The position numbers and the translations under genes were made by a program. DNA of 64,000 bases from Zygnema circumcarinatum SAG 698-1b (lineage: Eukaryota; Plantae; Zygnematophyceae): positions 1,578,525 to 1,642,524 of the forward strand of contig CM074816.1 of NCBI GenBank assembly GCA_037447605.1, given 5' to 3'. This document shows, one piece after another, positions 37,290-49,600 of the stretch. The notes under the pieces were generated by a model. The model saw nothing but the letters and a program-made list of their open reading frames with translations, did no database searches and had not been told where the DNA came from. The first letter of the stretch is position 1. Each line of letters starts with the position of its first letter.

Positions 37290-39345
37290 TCAGAGCCCGA
37301 CCTTCTCGTCGCGGCCCGCGAGGTTCCCCCGCGGCCCCTGGAAGTCGAACCTGCTTTTGGGCAGCAGCCACGGTACGGTCAGGAGGGCCGCGAGGGCCCC
37401 CAAAGCGATGGGCGCGTAATTGAGCGTGTCCTTGGTCACGGGGTACAGCGTGGGCAGGCAAAAAATCACAGAAATTGTTGCAATCCAAAGGACAGCGGCG
37501 CAGTTCACGACGGTGCTATATTTCCCAAGATGGAAGGGGCCAGGTTGGAAAATATTTCTCCCTATTGTGAGTTTCATGAGGATGGGCAGAGCGATGGCGA
37601 TGAAGATGCCGATGGTGGCGAAGGAGGAGATGGCTGTGAAGGCGACGGGGCTCCATATGACGGGCATTACGAAGAGGCACATTCCCAGGAAGGTGAGGGC
37701 GACGGCGGGGAGAGGGACACGCCCTTTGGGGGTCACGTACAGCCATAGAGAGGAGAAGGGCACGGCTCCGTCGCGGCTCATGGCCCATAGCTGGGCAAGG
37801 AAAGGGGTTTTAGGGTTTATGGAAGGGAAGGAAAGCGAAGGAGGGAGGAAGGCAAGTGTGAGGGGGTGTAGCAAGAGACACACATACGATGCAGGCTGTC
37901 TCTCTCGCTTTCTGTCTCTCTCGCCCTCTCTTTCTCTCTCACTCACTCGCCCTCCTTTCCTCTCTCTTCGTTCGCTTTCTGGTTCTTACTCTCACACAAG
38001 CACACTCTCGTCCTCTCTCTATTTCCCTCCCTCTCTCACTCTGTCCTCCTATCCTTCCCTCACCCTCGTTCTCTCCTCTCTCCTCTCTCCTCTCGCCTCT
38101 CTCCTCTCTCCTCTCCCCTCTCCCAACTCCCCCTCCCTCCCTCCCCCCTCACAAGTCACATTCACCCCACAATGCTACGCAGAGGGAGATACCACTCACC
38201 ACACGTGCTGTAGCACAGCCTCCTGTAGCGAGAGAGAGAGGGCTGCCCAGCAGAATGCATCCGAGGAACACAATCGCTCCCGTGCCTGAACCGAAGCGTG
38301 CATGGAAAACATCATACAGAATTTGGGGGCCCACATACAAACCCTGCGTCTCGTTTGCAGGGTCGACCAGGTACGCCGGATCTTGAATGCTGCACAAATA
38401 TACCGCAATTCTAAGACTTCAGAATCGTTCAGCTTAAATTCTCTCTCTCTCTCTCTCTTATTCGTCTCTCTTCCTCTTCCTCTTCATCTTCCTCTCTCTC
38501 CCTCCGACTCTCTCTATCTCTCTCTTCTTATCTCAACTTTGGGGTCGAATGTAGAAAATTTCACCCCAAAATCACTGAACCGCTAAAGCACATTGAAGCG
38601 TTATGCAGTTTTGTATCTGCAAGTTTAGATTGGTCTTCCCTTAAGCAAGCAAGCTGCCAGAAGAGTAGAATATCCGAAACAGAAAGCAGTGAATTCTTGA
38701 AAACATAACTGCTATCAATACCTGTCAGTTGATGCTTGTGATCTCACCTGAATGTGTAGCCCAAGATAATAGCGAACCCCACAAATATATTGACTGCAAC
38801 TGAAGTAACGGTGCTCCATGGAGACGCCGTATCGCTCTGCTTAGTTTCCTCCGACAAATGCCCCGTCAGGTCATACCCACTCAGACAATACTGCGCCATG
38901 AGCAGCCCAACAGCGAACACATAGACCGGCGTATCCAGTCCCAACACATCTTTTCTCTCATAGAACTTTGTAAAAACAAAGGAAGCTGACTGATGTTTTG
39001 GAGCAATGGCAGGGATGCCGATTGCAATGAACAAGGTCAACAGAGTGTTCCAAATGGCGCTGAATTCCGCTAAGTATCCGATGATGCGGACGGGCAAAAG
39101 GTTGATGAGGAAGCCAATGAGGACATTTCCGCATGCAATTCCGAACAGAACTTTGCGGTTTGGGAAGTAGTCAATGCCGGTCATAGAGATCATGGAGGAG
39201 ACGATGGTAGCGAAGAAGTATACGCCGGCGGCATACGCAGCAACGTAGCCGAGCCAGTTGAACCATCTGGAGGTGGGAGTGGGAGGGAGGGAGAGGGGGG
39301 AAGGGGGGGGAGAGAGGGAGAGAGAGAGAAAGAGTGAGAGAGAGA

Positions 39346-39388
<43 letters not shown>

Positions 39389-40926
39389 GGTACGACAGAG
39401 GAAGGCGGAAAAGGAAGTGGGAAAGAGAGGGAAAGAGAGAAGATGGAGGAGAAAGTGGGGAGAGAAAGGAAGAAGGTGCAAGGAAAAAGGAAGGGAGGTA
39501 GAGGAAGGGAAGGAGATCGAGGGACAGAAAGAGAGGACGATGATGAATGGGAAATGTGTGAAGGAGAGAAGACGAGGAAACGAGGAATGAGCGAGGCAGG
39601 GAGAGAGCGGAGAGAGAAGGAGAGAGACAGAGCATCGTGAGGAGTGCATGATGTGCTCATGGCTTTCATGCTTTCATGTTCCCAACAACTCTCATGCGAC
39701 GTTTCATGTTCCACACGTTCATGTGTTCATACATTCAAACCATCCATGTGGAAAGAAACAAAATTGGAATCAAAGACAAGAAAAGGCCCTCACCCCGTGT
39801 ACCAGCATGCGATCTTGCCCCACCGCTCCCCCCCCAAGTAGTACGCCTGGTAGTATATCCCCCCNNNNNNNNNNAAGCGTGCATGGAAAACATCATACAG
39901 AATTTGGGGGCCCACATACAAACCCTGCGTCTCGTTTGCAGGGTCGACCAGGTACGCCGGATCTTGAATGCTGCACAAATATACCGCAATTCTAAGACTT
40001 CAGAATCGTTCAGCTTAAATTCTCTCTCTCTCTCTCTCTTATTCGTCTCTCTTCCTCTTCCTCTTCATCTTCCTCTCTCTCCCTCCGACTCTCTCTATCT
40101 CTCTCTTCTTATCTCAACTTTGGGGTCGAATGTAGAAAATTTCACCCCAAAATCACTGAACCGCTAAAGCACATTGAAGCGTTATGCAGTTTTGTATCTG
40201 CAAGTTTAGATTGGTCTTCCCTTAAGCAAGCAAGCTGCCAGAAGAGTAGAATATCCGAAACAGAAAGCAGTGAATTCTTGAAAACATAACTGCTATCAAT
40301 ACCTGTCAGTTGATGCTTGTGATCTCACCTGAATGTGTAGCCCAAGATAATAGCGAACCCCACAAATATATTGACTGCAACTGAAGTAACGGTGCTCCAT
40401 GGAGACGCCGTATCGCTCTGCTTAGTTTCCTCCGACAAATGCCCCGTCAGGTCATACCCACTCAGACAATACTGCGCCATGAGCAGCCCAACAGCGAACA
40501 CATAGACCGGCGTATCCAGTCCCAACACATCTTTTCTCTCATAGAACTTTGTAAAAACAAAGGAAGCTGACTGATGTTTTGGAGCAATGGCAGGGATGCC
40601 GATTGCAATGAACAAGGTCAACAGAGTGTTCCAAATGGCGCTGAATTCCGCTAAGTATCCGATGATGCGGACGGGCAAAAGGTTGATGAGGAAGCCAATG
40701 AGGACATTTCCGCATGCAATTCCGAACAGAACTTTGCGGTTTGGGAAGTAGTCAATGCCGGTCATAGAGATCATGGAGGAGACGATGGTAGCGAAGAAGT
40801 ATACGCCGGCGGCATACGCAGCAACGTAGCCGAGCCAGTTGAACCATCTGGAGGTGGGAGTGGGAGGGAGGGAGAGGGGGGAAGGGGGGGGAGAGAGGGA
40901 GAGAGAGAGAAAGAGTGAGAGAGAGA

Positions 40927-40969
<43 letters not shown>

Positions 40970-43685
40970 GGTACGACAGAGGAAGGCGGAAAAGGAAGTG
41001 GGAAAGAGAGGGAAAGAGAGAAGATGGAGGAGAAAGTGGGGAGAGAAAGGAAGAAGGTGCAAGGAAAAAGGAAGGGAGGTAGAGGAAGGGAAGGAGATCG
41101 AGGGACAGAAAGAGAGGACGATGATGAATGGGAAATGTGTGAAGGAGAGAAGACGAGGAAACGAGGAATGAGCGAGGCAGGGAGAGAGCGGAGAGAGAAG
41201 GAGAGAGACAGAGCATCGTGAGGAGTGCATGATGTGCTCATGGCTTTCATGCTTTCATGTTCCCAACAACTCTCATGCGACGTTTCATGTTCCACACGTT
41301 CATGTGTTCATACATTCAAACCATCCATGTGGAAAGAAACAAAATTGGAATCAAAGACAAGAAAAGGCCCTCACCCCGTGTACCAGCATGCGATCTTGCC
41401 CCACCGCTCCCCCCCCAAGTAGTACGCCTGGTAGTATATCCCCCCNNNNNNNNNNCCCCCAATCGCCACTCCTTTAGCCTTTCAAACATTTGCCATACAA
41501 AATAACAATATTGCGAGGAACCTCCGAGCGCGACAAACGTGACGTGACGTCACGTCACGTCACGTCTCGGACACGTCCCCTGTCATACAAGCCGTTCAAC
41601 TGAGCATCGCAACATAGAACGGCCCGTTCCGGACAAAATACGCTGCTTGCAACAGCGTGCCCTGCGACTGACTGACTGACTGACTGACTGACTGACTGAC
41701 TGACTGATTGAGTGGTTGACTGACTGGTTGACTGACTGGTTGACTGACTGACTGACTGGCTGACTGACTGACTGACTGACTGACTGACTGATTGACAGCC
41801 TGACTGGTTGACTGATTGACTGATTGACTGATTGACTGATTGGCTGATTGACTGATTGCCTGACTGACTGACTGACTGACTGACTGACTGACTGACTAAC
41901 TGACTGGCTGGCTGATTGACTGACTGGTTGACTGACTGATTTCTGACTGACTGACTGGCTGACTGACTGATTGACTGACTGACTGACTGATTGACTGACC
42001 GGCAGCGAGGAGATGATCTCCCCGAGCGAGAGCGCGATGCACATGCTGAGGACGCTGACGAGGGCCCATCCCCACACGAGCGTCACGGGCCCGCCGTACA
42101 CGTAGCCGGTCGTGTAGAAGCCCGTGATGAAGAAGGGGAGCCCGAAGGTGGAGAACAGGCAGCAGAACGCCATCACATAGTTCTGCACATGGGCATGGCA
42201 TGGCATGGCATGGCATGGGGCCAATGATATGATGTCAGTGGAGCATGGGAGGGGCATGGCGGGCGGTCAGACAAGGGCATGGCATGGCAAGCATGCAGAT
42301 AGGAATTGGCACGTGCGAGATCCCTGTCAGCATTGCCACGTGTGAGGGCGCACCAGCTCGCGCTTGAGCGTCTGCTTGTAGCCGAGCTCGTTGAGGCGCT
42401 TCTCGCCGGAGTCGAGGACTGGGCCGGCCGTCATGGCTGAGAGAGAGAGAGAGAGAAAGAGAGACCGAGAGGGGGGAAGATGGGGAAGAGAGAGAGAGAG
42501 AGAGAAGGAGAGAGAGGGAGAAGCAGATAAGGGGAGTGATATGGGGATAAGATAGAGAGAGAGTGGCGAAGAAGGGGAGGGAGATGGGGGAGAAGAGAGA
42601 GAGGAGAGAAACGACAAGGGGAGGAGGGAGGGCGGAAAGGTTGACGAGTTATAGAAGGGAGAGAAGGGGGACCTAGAGGAGAAGTGGGGTAGCTNNNNNN
42701 NNNNCCCCCCCAATCGCCACTCCTTTAGCCTTTCAAACATTTGCCATACAAAATAACAATATTGCGAGGAACCTCCGAGCGCGACAAACGTGACGTGACG
42801 TCACGTCACGTCACGTCTCGGACACGTCCCCTGTCATACAAGCCGTTCAACTGAGCATCGCAACATAGAACGGCCCGTTCCGGACAAAATACGCTGCTTG
42901 CAACAGCGTGCCCTGCGACTGACTGACTGACTGACTGACTGACTGACTGACTGACTGATTGAGTGGTTGACTGACTGGTTGACTGACTGGTTGACTGACT
43001 GACTGACTGGCTGACTGACTGACTGACTGACTGACTGACTGATTGACAGCCTGACTGGTTGACTGATTGACTGATTGACTGATTGACTGATTGGCTGATT
43101 GACTGATTGCCTGACTGACTGACTGACTGACTGACTGACTGACTGACTAACTGACTGGCTGGCTGATTGACTGACTGGTTGACTGACTGATTTCTGACTG
43201 ACTGACTGGCTGACTGACTGATTGACTGACTGACTGACTGATTGACTGACCGGCAGCGAGGAGATGATCTCCCCGAGCGAGAGCGCGATGCACATGCTGA
43301 GGACGCTGACGAGGGCCCATCCCCACACGAGCGTCACGGGCCCGCCGTACACGTAGCCGGTCGTGTAGAAGCCCGTGATGAAGAAGGGGAGCCCGAAGGT
43401 GGAGAACAGGCAGCAGAACGCCATCACATAGTTCTGCACATGGGCATGGCATGGCATGGCATGGCATGGGGCCAATGATATGATGTCAGTGGAGCATGGG
43501 AGGGGCATGGCGGGCGGTCAGACAAGGGCATGGCATGGCAAGCATGCAGATAGGAATTGGCACGTGCGAGATCCCTGTCAGCATTGCCACGTGTGAGGGC
43601 GCACCAGCTCGCGCTTGAGCGTCTGCTTGTAGCCGAGCTCGTTGAGGCGCTTCTCGCCGGAGTCGAGGACTGGGCCGGCCGTCAT
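37290..43685 (-). CDS. BAT1: APC-family amino-acid/GABA permease, BAT1-like (6 unique exons; some duplicated or truncated by assembly gaps)
   Basis: Exons 43685-43605 (MTAGPVLDSGEKRLNELGYKQTLKREL), 43433-43251 (YGGPVTLVWGW..SLGEIISSLP), 41445-41375 (GGIYYQAYYLGGERWGKIACWYTG, 5' end lost in gap), 40847-40329 (WFNWLG..GLLMAQYCLSGYD..HLSEET), 38389-38200, 37790-37290 (AMSRDGAVPFS..AFTAISS..PGPFHLGKY..NYAPIALG). The gene symbol is a family-level assignment. Confidence 0.85.
38294..41445. other. Apparently exact 1571-bp direct duplication (38294-39864 = 39875-41445) separated by a 10-N gap; probable assembly artefact
   Basis: Identical ORF translations at offset 1581; both copies end in the same ..GTAGTATATCCCCCC at a gap. 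Confidence 0.85.
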
Positions 43686-43945
43686 GGCTGAGAGAGAGAG
43701 AGAGAGAAAGAGAGACCGAGAGGGGGGAAGATGGGGAAGAGAGAGAGAGAGAGAGAAGGAGAGAGAGGGAGAAGCAGATAAGGGGAGTGATATGGGGATA
43801 AGATAGAGAGAGAGTGGCGAAGAAGGGGAGGGAGATGGGGGAGAAGAGAGAGAGGAGAGAAACGACAAGGGGAGGAGGGAGGGCGGAAAGGTTGACGAGT
43901 TATAGAAGGGAGAGAAGGGGGACCTAGAGGAGAAGTGGGGTAGCT
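41456..43945. other. Apparently exact ~1240-bp direct duplication (41456-42694 = ~42707-43945) separated by a 10-N gap; probable assembly artefact
   Basis: Identical ORF translations at offset 1251, including an apparently identical irregular (GACT)n microsatellite. Confidence 0.85.
41667..42000 (-). repeat. (CAGT)n microsatellite starting at the permease intron 2 donor (second copy 42918-43250)
   Basis: Sense strand reads CCG|GTCAGTCAATCAGTCAGTCAG... Confidence 0.95.
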
Positions 43946-45499
43946 AAGGTGGGAGAGGAAAGAATGTAAATGAGGAGAGAGCGGGGAGAGAGGGAAGGCA
44001 GAGAGGAATGGAAGAGAATGGGGCGAAGAGAATGAGCGGGACGAGAGATTGCAGGGGAAGAGGCGAGGTGAATTCGTAAAGGGCCGGGCAGGGACGAGGA
44101 TAGGACAAGCAGAGGTGGAGCGAGGGAGGAACGAGAGAGGCAGAGCGGGAGAGAGGGAGAGAGTGGGAGAGGGCGAGGGGTGAGAGGAGTGCGAAACTGG
44201 AGGGCGAGAACGGAACGTGACGTCATATTAGTCACGCGTGCCGCGAGGCGCCGCCTCCGTCGCGAACTGATGTCGAACATCTTCCAATGGTAGTACGCCA
44301 CGTGTGCATCAATGCTCACGTGGCGGATCGCAATTGGTTGACAGTTTAACTTCAGTGATTCGTCCTCTGTCAGGACCCGGCGCTGACAATGTCCTGTCCG
44401 TACATGTCGGATGCGCGAGGTGACAGTTGAGACAGCCACATGTTAGGCCACGGGAAATTTGGACGATATCAAATGTTGCCACGTGCGCACAGTGGGCATA
44501 TAGGCCACGTGACCCATATCGTGGTATCGTGATGGCTGGCGATATATCGAGATATGGACGTCGCCGACAGAGTGGGAGCGGCTCTGCGGGTCACGCAGTT
44601 CCGGCGGCCGGCAACTCGTTGACCTACTGTACTGTAACGGCGCCACGTGGACAGTACGGAAGTCCATTTGCCACGCGGCGCTCTCGGTATGAAGCCAAAG
44701 CAGAAAACGACAAGGTGCCGCCCATGGCTGTTGCCTCGCGCGCTGGCCGACCGAAAAAGACAAACGGAAGCATGCCTTTTTGATGGAAGTGATTGTCCGT
44801 ACGTTCAAATGTCCGTACGTTCATATCCTACAGTACAGTACTGTAGCCTAACAAGCGCCGAGGATGGCAGAGAGGCTCGACGTGCTCGCCATGGCCCGCA
44901 TCCAAACCGAGTAATACTCAGACTGGAAGCGAAAGTCGGTTTTCGAGAATTCTCCCCGAGCTTCCCCTCCTCCCTCTCCTCCTCCTCCTCCTCCTCCTCC
45001 TCCTGCTGCTGCTTGTCCTGCTTCTCCTCCTCCTCCTTCCCCCCTCCCCCGCCTGCGCTGGGTGAGGCCCCCTCTCCCGCCCCGCCGCTGGAGCCACCAG
45101 CGCGGGCCAGAAGGGCATGACGACCGCCATGGATCCCGCACGTGCGGAGGAGGACAGGCTTCCAAGAAGCAGCGGCGGGCATAAGCTCCGGCGACGCAGC
45201 CATGGCTTTCTCTGCCTTCCGCTTTCTTCGGGCCAAGGAGGCTCCTCTGTTAGGCGCCAAAAGCCACCCAACGGTCGAGCCGGATTAAGGCGGACGTGGC
45301 GCCCTGGGAGTGGCGGTCAACGTACGGACATTGTACGATAACGACAGGTGGCGGAAGCCAGTTGGCTGGACGAGGATGAACGTACAGAGACCGTTCCGTA
45401 CAGAATCTGGTGATTGATTTGACTCGGGTCGTTGGTCACGTCAGGCTCCTTAGCCAAATGGACCCACTTTCCTTTTTTCTTGGAATTTACTTAGAAAAA

Positions 45500-45794
45500 A
45501 AGGAGAATGCTACTGCACCCCCTATTTTGGTTATTCCACCCCCCTTTTTGAAAATTTTGCCTGCCCATTTTGGTTGTCCCAACTCCCAACCCCCTGTTTT
45601 CGATATTTCACCCCCTTATTTTGAATATTCCACCCCCATGTTTTGAATATATCGGGAGGGAATCTTTTTCCCGCCCCTCCCCTCCCCTCCCCTCCCCTCC
45701 CCTCCCCTCCCTTCCCCTCCCCTCCCCTTCCCTGCCCTCCCTTGCCCTCCCCTCCTCTTCTCTCCTCTTCTCGGTTTGCAGGCCACAACTTAAG
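45500..45794 (+). mobile_element. Second copy of the FAR1-upstream subterminal sequence, truncated by a gap
   Basis: See 1590-1760. This copy ends in CTCGGTTTGCAG (intact acceptor-like AG), whereas the copy near 690 has TTTGCAA. Confidence 0.4.
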
Positions 45795-45804
45795 NNNNNN
45801 NNNN

Positions 45805-46592
45805 GACTCCTGGTAAGCATTATTGATGGCGTACTCCGCCACTGGGAGCAGTTCATCCCACCCATCCGGTGTGGGTCCCACATAATGCCGGAGATAATCC
45901 TCCAGGATCCGATTCCCCCGTTCCGTCTGGCCGTCGGTTTGCGGGTGGAAAGCTGTACTCAATGCCTGCTTGGTCCCAACGATCTTGAGCACTTCAGTCC
46001 AAAAGTGTCCTGTAAATCGTGGGTCACGGTCGGAAACAATCTTCGACTGAAGACCATGCTGGCTCCACACTTTGTCAACATACAACCGTGCAATCTCGTC
46101 GGCCCCAGCGGACTTAGTAGTAGGTGCAAAATGCACCATCTTGCTAAGCCGGTCGACAAAGACGAGGATGGAGTCATGACCCCGAGATGTCACAGGGAGA
46201 TCCGTGATCAAGTCCATACCCACACTGTCCCATTTCCGAAAAGGAGGTGTGAGGGGTTGCAGCTGGCCAGGAATCCTGCCAGTGTGTGGTTTGTTTCGTT
46301 GACAGGTTGGACAAGCGAGTACATACGCTTTCACATCCCTCGAGAGTCCAGGCCACCAGAACTCCCGGAGCAATGCCTCACGAGTTTTGGCAACTCCCAT
46401 GTGACCCCTGTACGGAGGATCATGTAGCTCACTCAGAATGAGCTGCCGTACAGTGCCGGCCTTGGGCACGACCAATTGCTGGCCGTGGTACCAAAATCCG
46501 TCCTTAGGCACCACTTTGTCCTTATAGCCATTACCTTGGCCATCCAAGAACAAAGGATCACCAGCATACCCCTCCTGAAGTATCTGTCTGAG
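45805..46592 (-). mobile_element. Ty3/Gypsy integrase fragment (gap-bounded contig)
   Basis: ELHDPPYRGHMGVAKT..FWWPGL..CPTCQRNK (HHCC), SVGMDLITDLP, KIVSDRDPRFT, STAFHPQTDGQTERGNR. Confidence 0.95.
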
Positions 46593-46602
46593 NNNNNNNN
46601 NN

Positions 46603-49600
46603 TAGCAGATCTCATGTTTCCCAACTGAGGACCACAACAATGTTAGTGTGAACCCATACTATGTCTAACTATAGCACACTAACACTAACAATCCCCCTCT
46701 TGGGACTCAGTTCCTCATGGGCCCTAGCCCAATGAGTCTGCTATTCACTAGTAGTGTCTCCCCGCTAACTCCCTTAGTCAACATATCCGCAGCCTGCTCC
46801 TTCGTCCCCACGAACTTCACAACAATCATCCCCTCCTCTACCAATTCTCGCACATAATGGTATTGCACTCTGATGTGCTTTGTTCTCTTATGAAACACAG
46901 GGTTTTCAACAAGAGCTATGGACGACTGATTATCCGTGAACAAAGTCAAGGGACGTTGTGGCCTCTTACACTCATCAAAGAAATGTTGGAACCAAACTCC
47001 CTCCTTCGCTGCGTGACATGCTCCCATGTACTCGCCTTTGGTGCTAGACAACACAACCGAATCTTGTAGCTTCGAGCTCCATGAGATCGCTCCACCTGTG
47101 TTCAGGTACACAAATCCGCAAGTCGATCGTGATGTGTCCACGTCACCTCCCCAGTCAGAGTCGGTGTAACCGATGACTCTGTTCGGCCCTCTCTCATAAC
47201 GGAGTCCGTACTCCAAGGTCCCCCGTACGAACCGGAAGATTCGCTTTACGGCCTCCCAATGATCCGGGCCGGGATTCTCCGTGAACCGACTTGCGGCGCT
47301 CACAGCTTTTGCCAAGTCCGGTCGGGTACCAATCATTAGGTACATCAAACTTCCGATAGCAGATCTGTACGGCACTCCGTACATGCGCTGAACTTCCGCG
47401 TCCGTCGCGGGCTCCATATCTTTTGACAATCTCGCGCTGATCTCCATCGGGCTGGTGCACGGTCTGCACTCCTCCATATTGAATCTCGCAAGTACATCCG
47501 CGGCGTACTTCTTTTGACTTAGGAACAGACTTCCGTCCTGCCCCCTCTTCAGCTGTATCCCCAGGAGATACTGCGCCTCCCCTAGATCCGACATTTGGAA
47601 GTTAGCTTGCAAAAGCTTCTTCAGATCATTGATTCTCTCCATCGAGAGACTCACCATAATGAGNNNNNNNNNNGCGACAGACGAGATGCTCCTGCCCTGG
47701 GACAACTTTCCCTTCGGGCTGCTCCATGTAGATCTCCTCAGCGAGATCTCCGTACAGAAACGCGGTCTTGATATCTAACTGATGGACATGCATCCCCTCA
47801 GCAGCTGCGATCGAAATTAGGGCACGAAGGGAGTTAAACTTCACCACCGGGGCGAAAATCTCCGTGTAGTCGATTCCGTACTTCTGGCTGTAGCCCTTTG
47901 CCACCAGCCGCGCCTTGTAACGGTCGACACTCCCGTCCGCCTTCCGCTTCACTTTGAACACCCACTTGCATCCAATGGCTCTCCTTCCCTTCGGCAGCTT
48001 CTCCAGTCGCCACGTCCCGTTCTCTATCAGACTATTCCACTGCTCGATAAGCTGCTGCTGCGCCGCCGGCTCCATCGACCCATCGTGAGCCTCCCTCGAA
48101 GGTTTTCGCGGCTCGGTGATCATGTAGCGATGGAGCAGCGAGTCGATGAGAGTCCGTACCAGAGCACTCTCTGCATCAGGTTAGTCTGCGGCGGCTGTGC
48201 TCGTTCGGGGCCTCCTCACCACACGGGTGCTCCTCCGCGGTCCTTGCGTTCTCCCACTCCTCGAGTTGAAGAAAATTCCGGGAACAAATCCCGGAGGCAT
48301 CCTTGCCCTCATCGCGTCTCTCTCGGCCATATCCAAGTCCTCAGACTCCTGTCCGTACAAAGGTACAGTTTCTGTTGGAGATTCCACCGAGGATCTCCTT
48401 TCAACAAAGTCTCCTCCACTCTGTCCGGAAGTCGTTGACATCTTCAGTGCAGCAGTTCACGAAAGGAATGCTCAAGACAGATGTGCAAGAAAAGAACACA
48501 AGGTAGAGAAAGCCCCACCGGGCATAAAACTCTGGTTTTCTTTGGAGTGAAGTACAACAGATTGCAGCAGTGCCTCACTACTGAATGCAGCTTGAACTAC
48601 CCCGCTTTTCTCCTATTCCCTTACAGCCACACAACCTCTGACTAAAGGTTCACCTCAGCTCGCTACACACCCGCTTGGTGTGAGTATGAGAGTGATGAGA
48701 GCTTGCAGTCGAGCGGCTTTATCTAAGTGCATGCAAGGTGCCGTGATTTCCGCCCTGGGTCTTTCGACGACCGCTCACGGTCTTTGGTCTTTGGTCTTTG
48801 GCCTTTGGCCATGGCCTGCACCCCCTGGCGTATGCCCCTCTTGACACTTAGCCTTTACGTCCGCCACTGTAGCTCCCATGTGCTTCGTGCAGGTCCGTAC
48901 ACTTTCGGGACACAGCGTTTCGCGCGCCCGCGAGCGCGTCCTCGTCCGCGTCCGCGTCCGCGTCCGCATCCGTACGACCGAAATGTTGTTCGCGCCACGC
49001 CTTGGAACTTCGTCTCCCCGCGCGCGCGAATACTCCGTTTCGTCACGTCACGGTCCCAGAACTTATCGCGTCACATTGTTCGCGCGACCATCCTTGTCGC
49101 TTCATGTTCGCGTCTAGTTCATTATCCGCTAGAGACTATGCGCCAAACGTTGTACGGCCTCTAGACCCGTACAACANNNNNNNNNNGTGTCTAGGTACCC
49201 ATTTCGTTGGTACCTGGGGTGCGGGAGCCGCTTCCGGGTCTTCTTCGGTGGTGTCTTGGTCTTGGTCTTGATCGGGCAGATCGTCGTCGGGCTGTTCCTG
49301 CTGAAGTGCCGACTCGGGCGCTTCCTCCTGGAAGGCCTCGTCTCCACTTGATGGCGCCTCCACGTGCCGTAGTGGGTTCTGGTCCGTTGGGAGCAAAGGA
49401 GTGGTCGCTGGTGGGGGCAGATCCTCACCTTCCGGTATGTCTCTCACTGGGAGAAATTCGATGTCCAGGAGCAGTGTCACACGAGTCCGCGCGTTTTGTT
49501 TCTCCTTGTAGTTCTCCTCGACGGTAAGGTCACGACTTGTCATCACCTTATCTGTGGAGGGATTCCAGATGCGGTAAGTCAAACTGTCGGCGTTGTAGCC

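Noticed and set aside
38294-43945. Biological exon duplication in the BAT1-like gene
   Set aside because: Copies appear identical even in unstable microsatellites and abut 10-N gaps, the signature of unmerged contig overlaps.
401-44439. Dozens of long G/E/R-rich or P/S/L-rich ORFs (e.g. 401-1717, 676-1752, 35058-36134)
   Set aside because: Translations of stop-free purine/pyrimidine SSRs in introns and leaders; open in many frames on both strands. Only the embedded exons are real.
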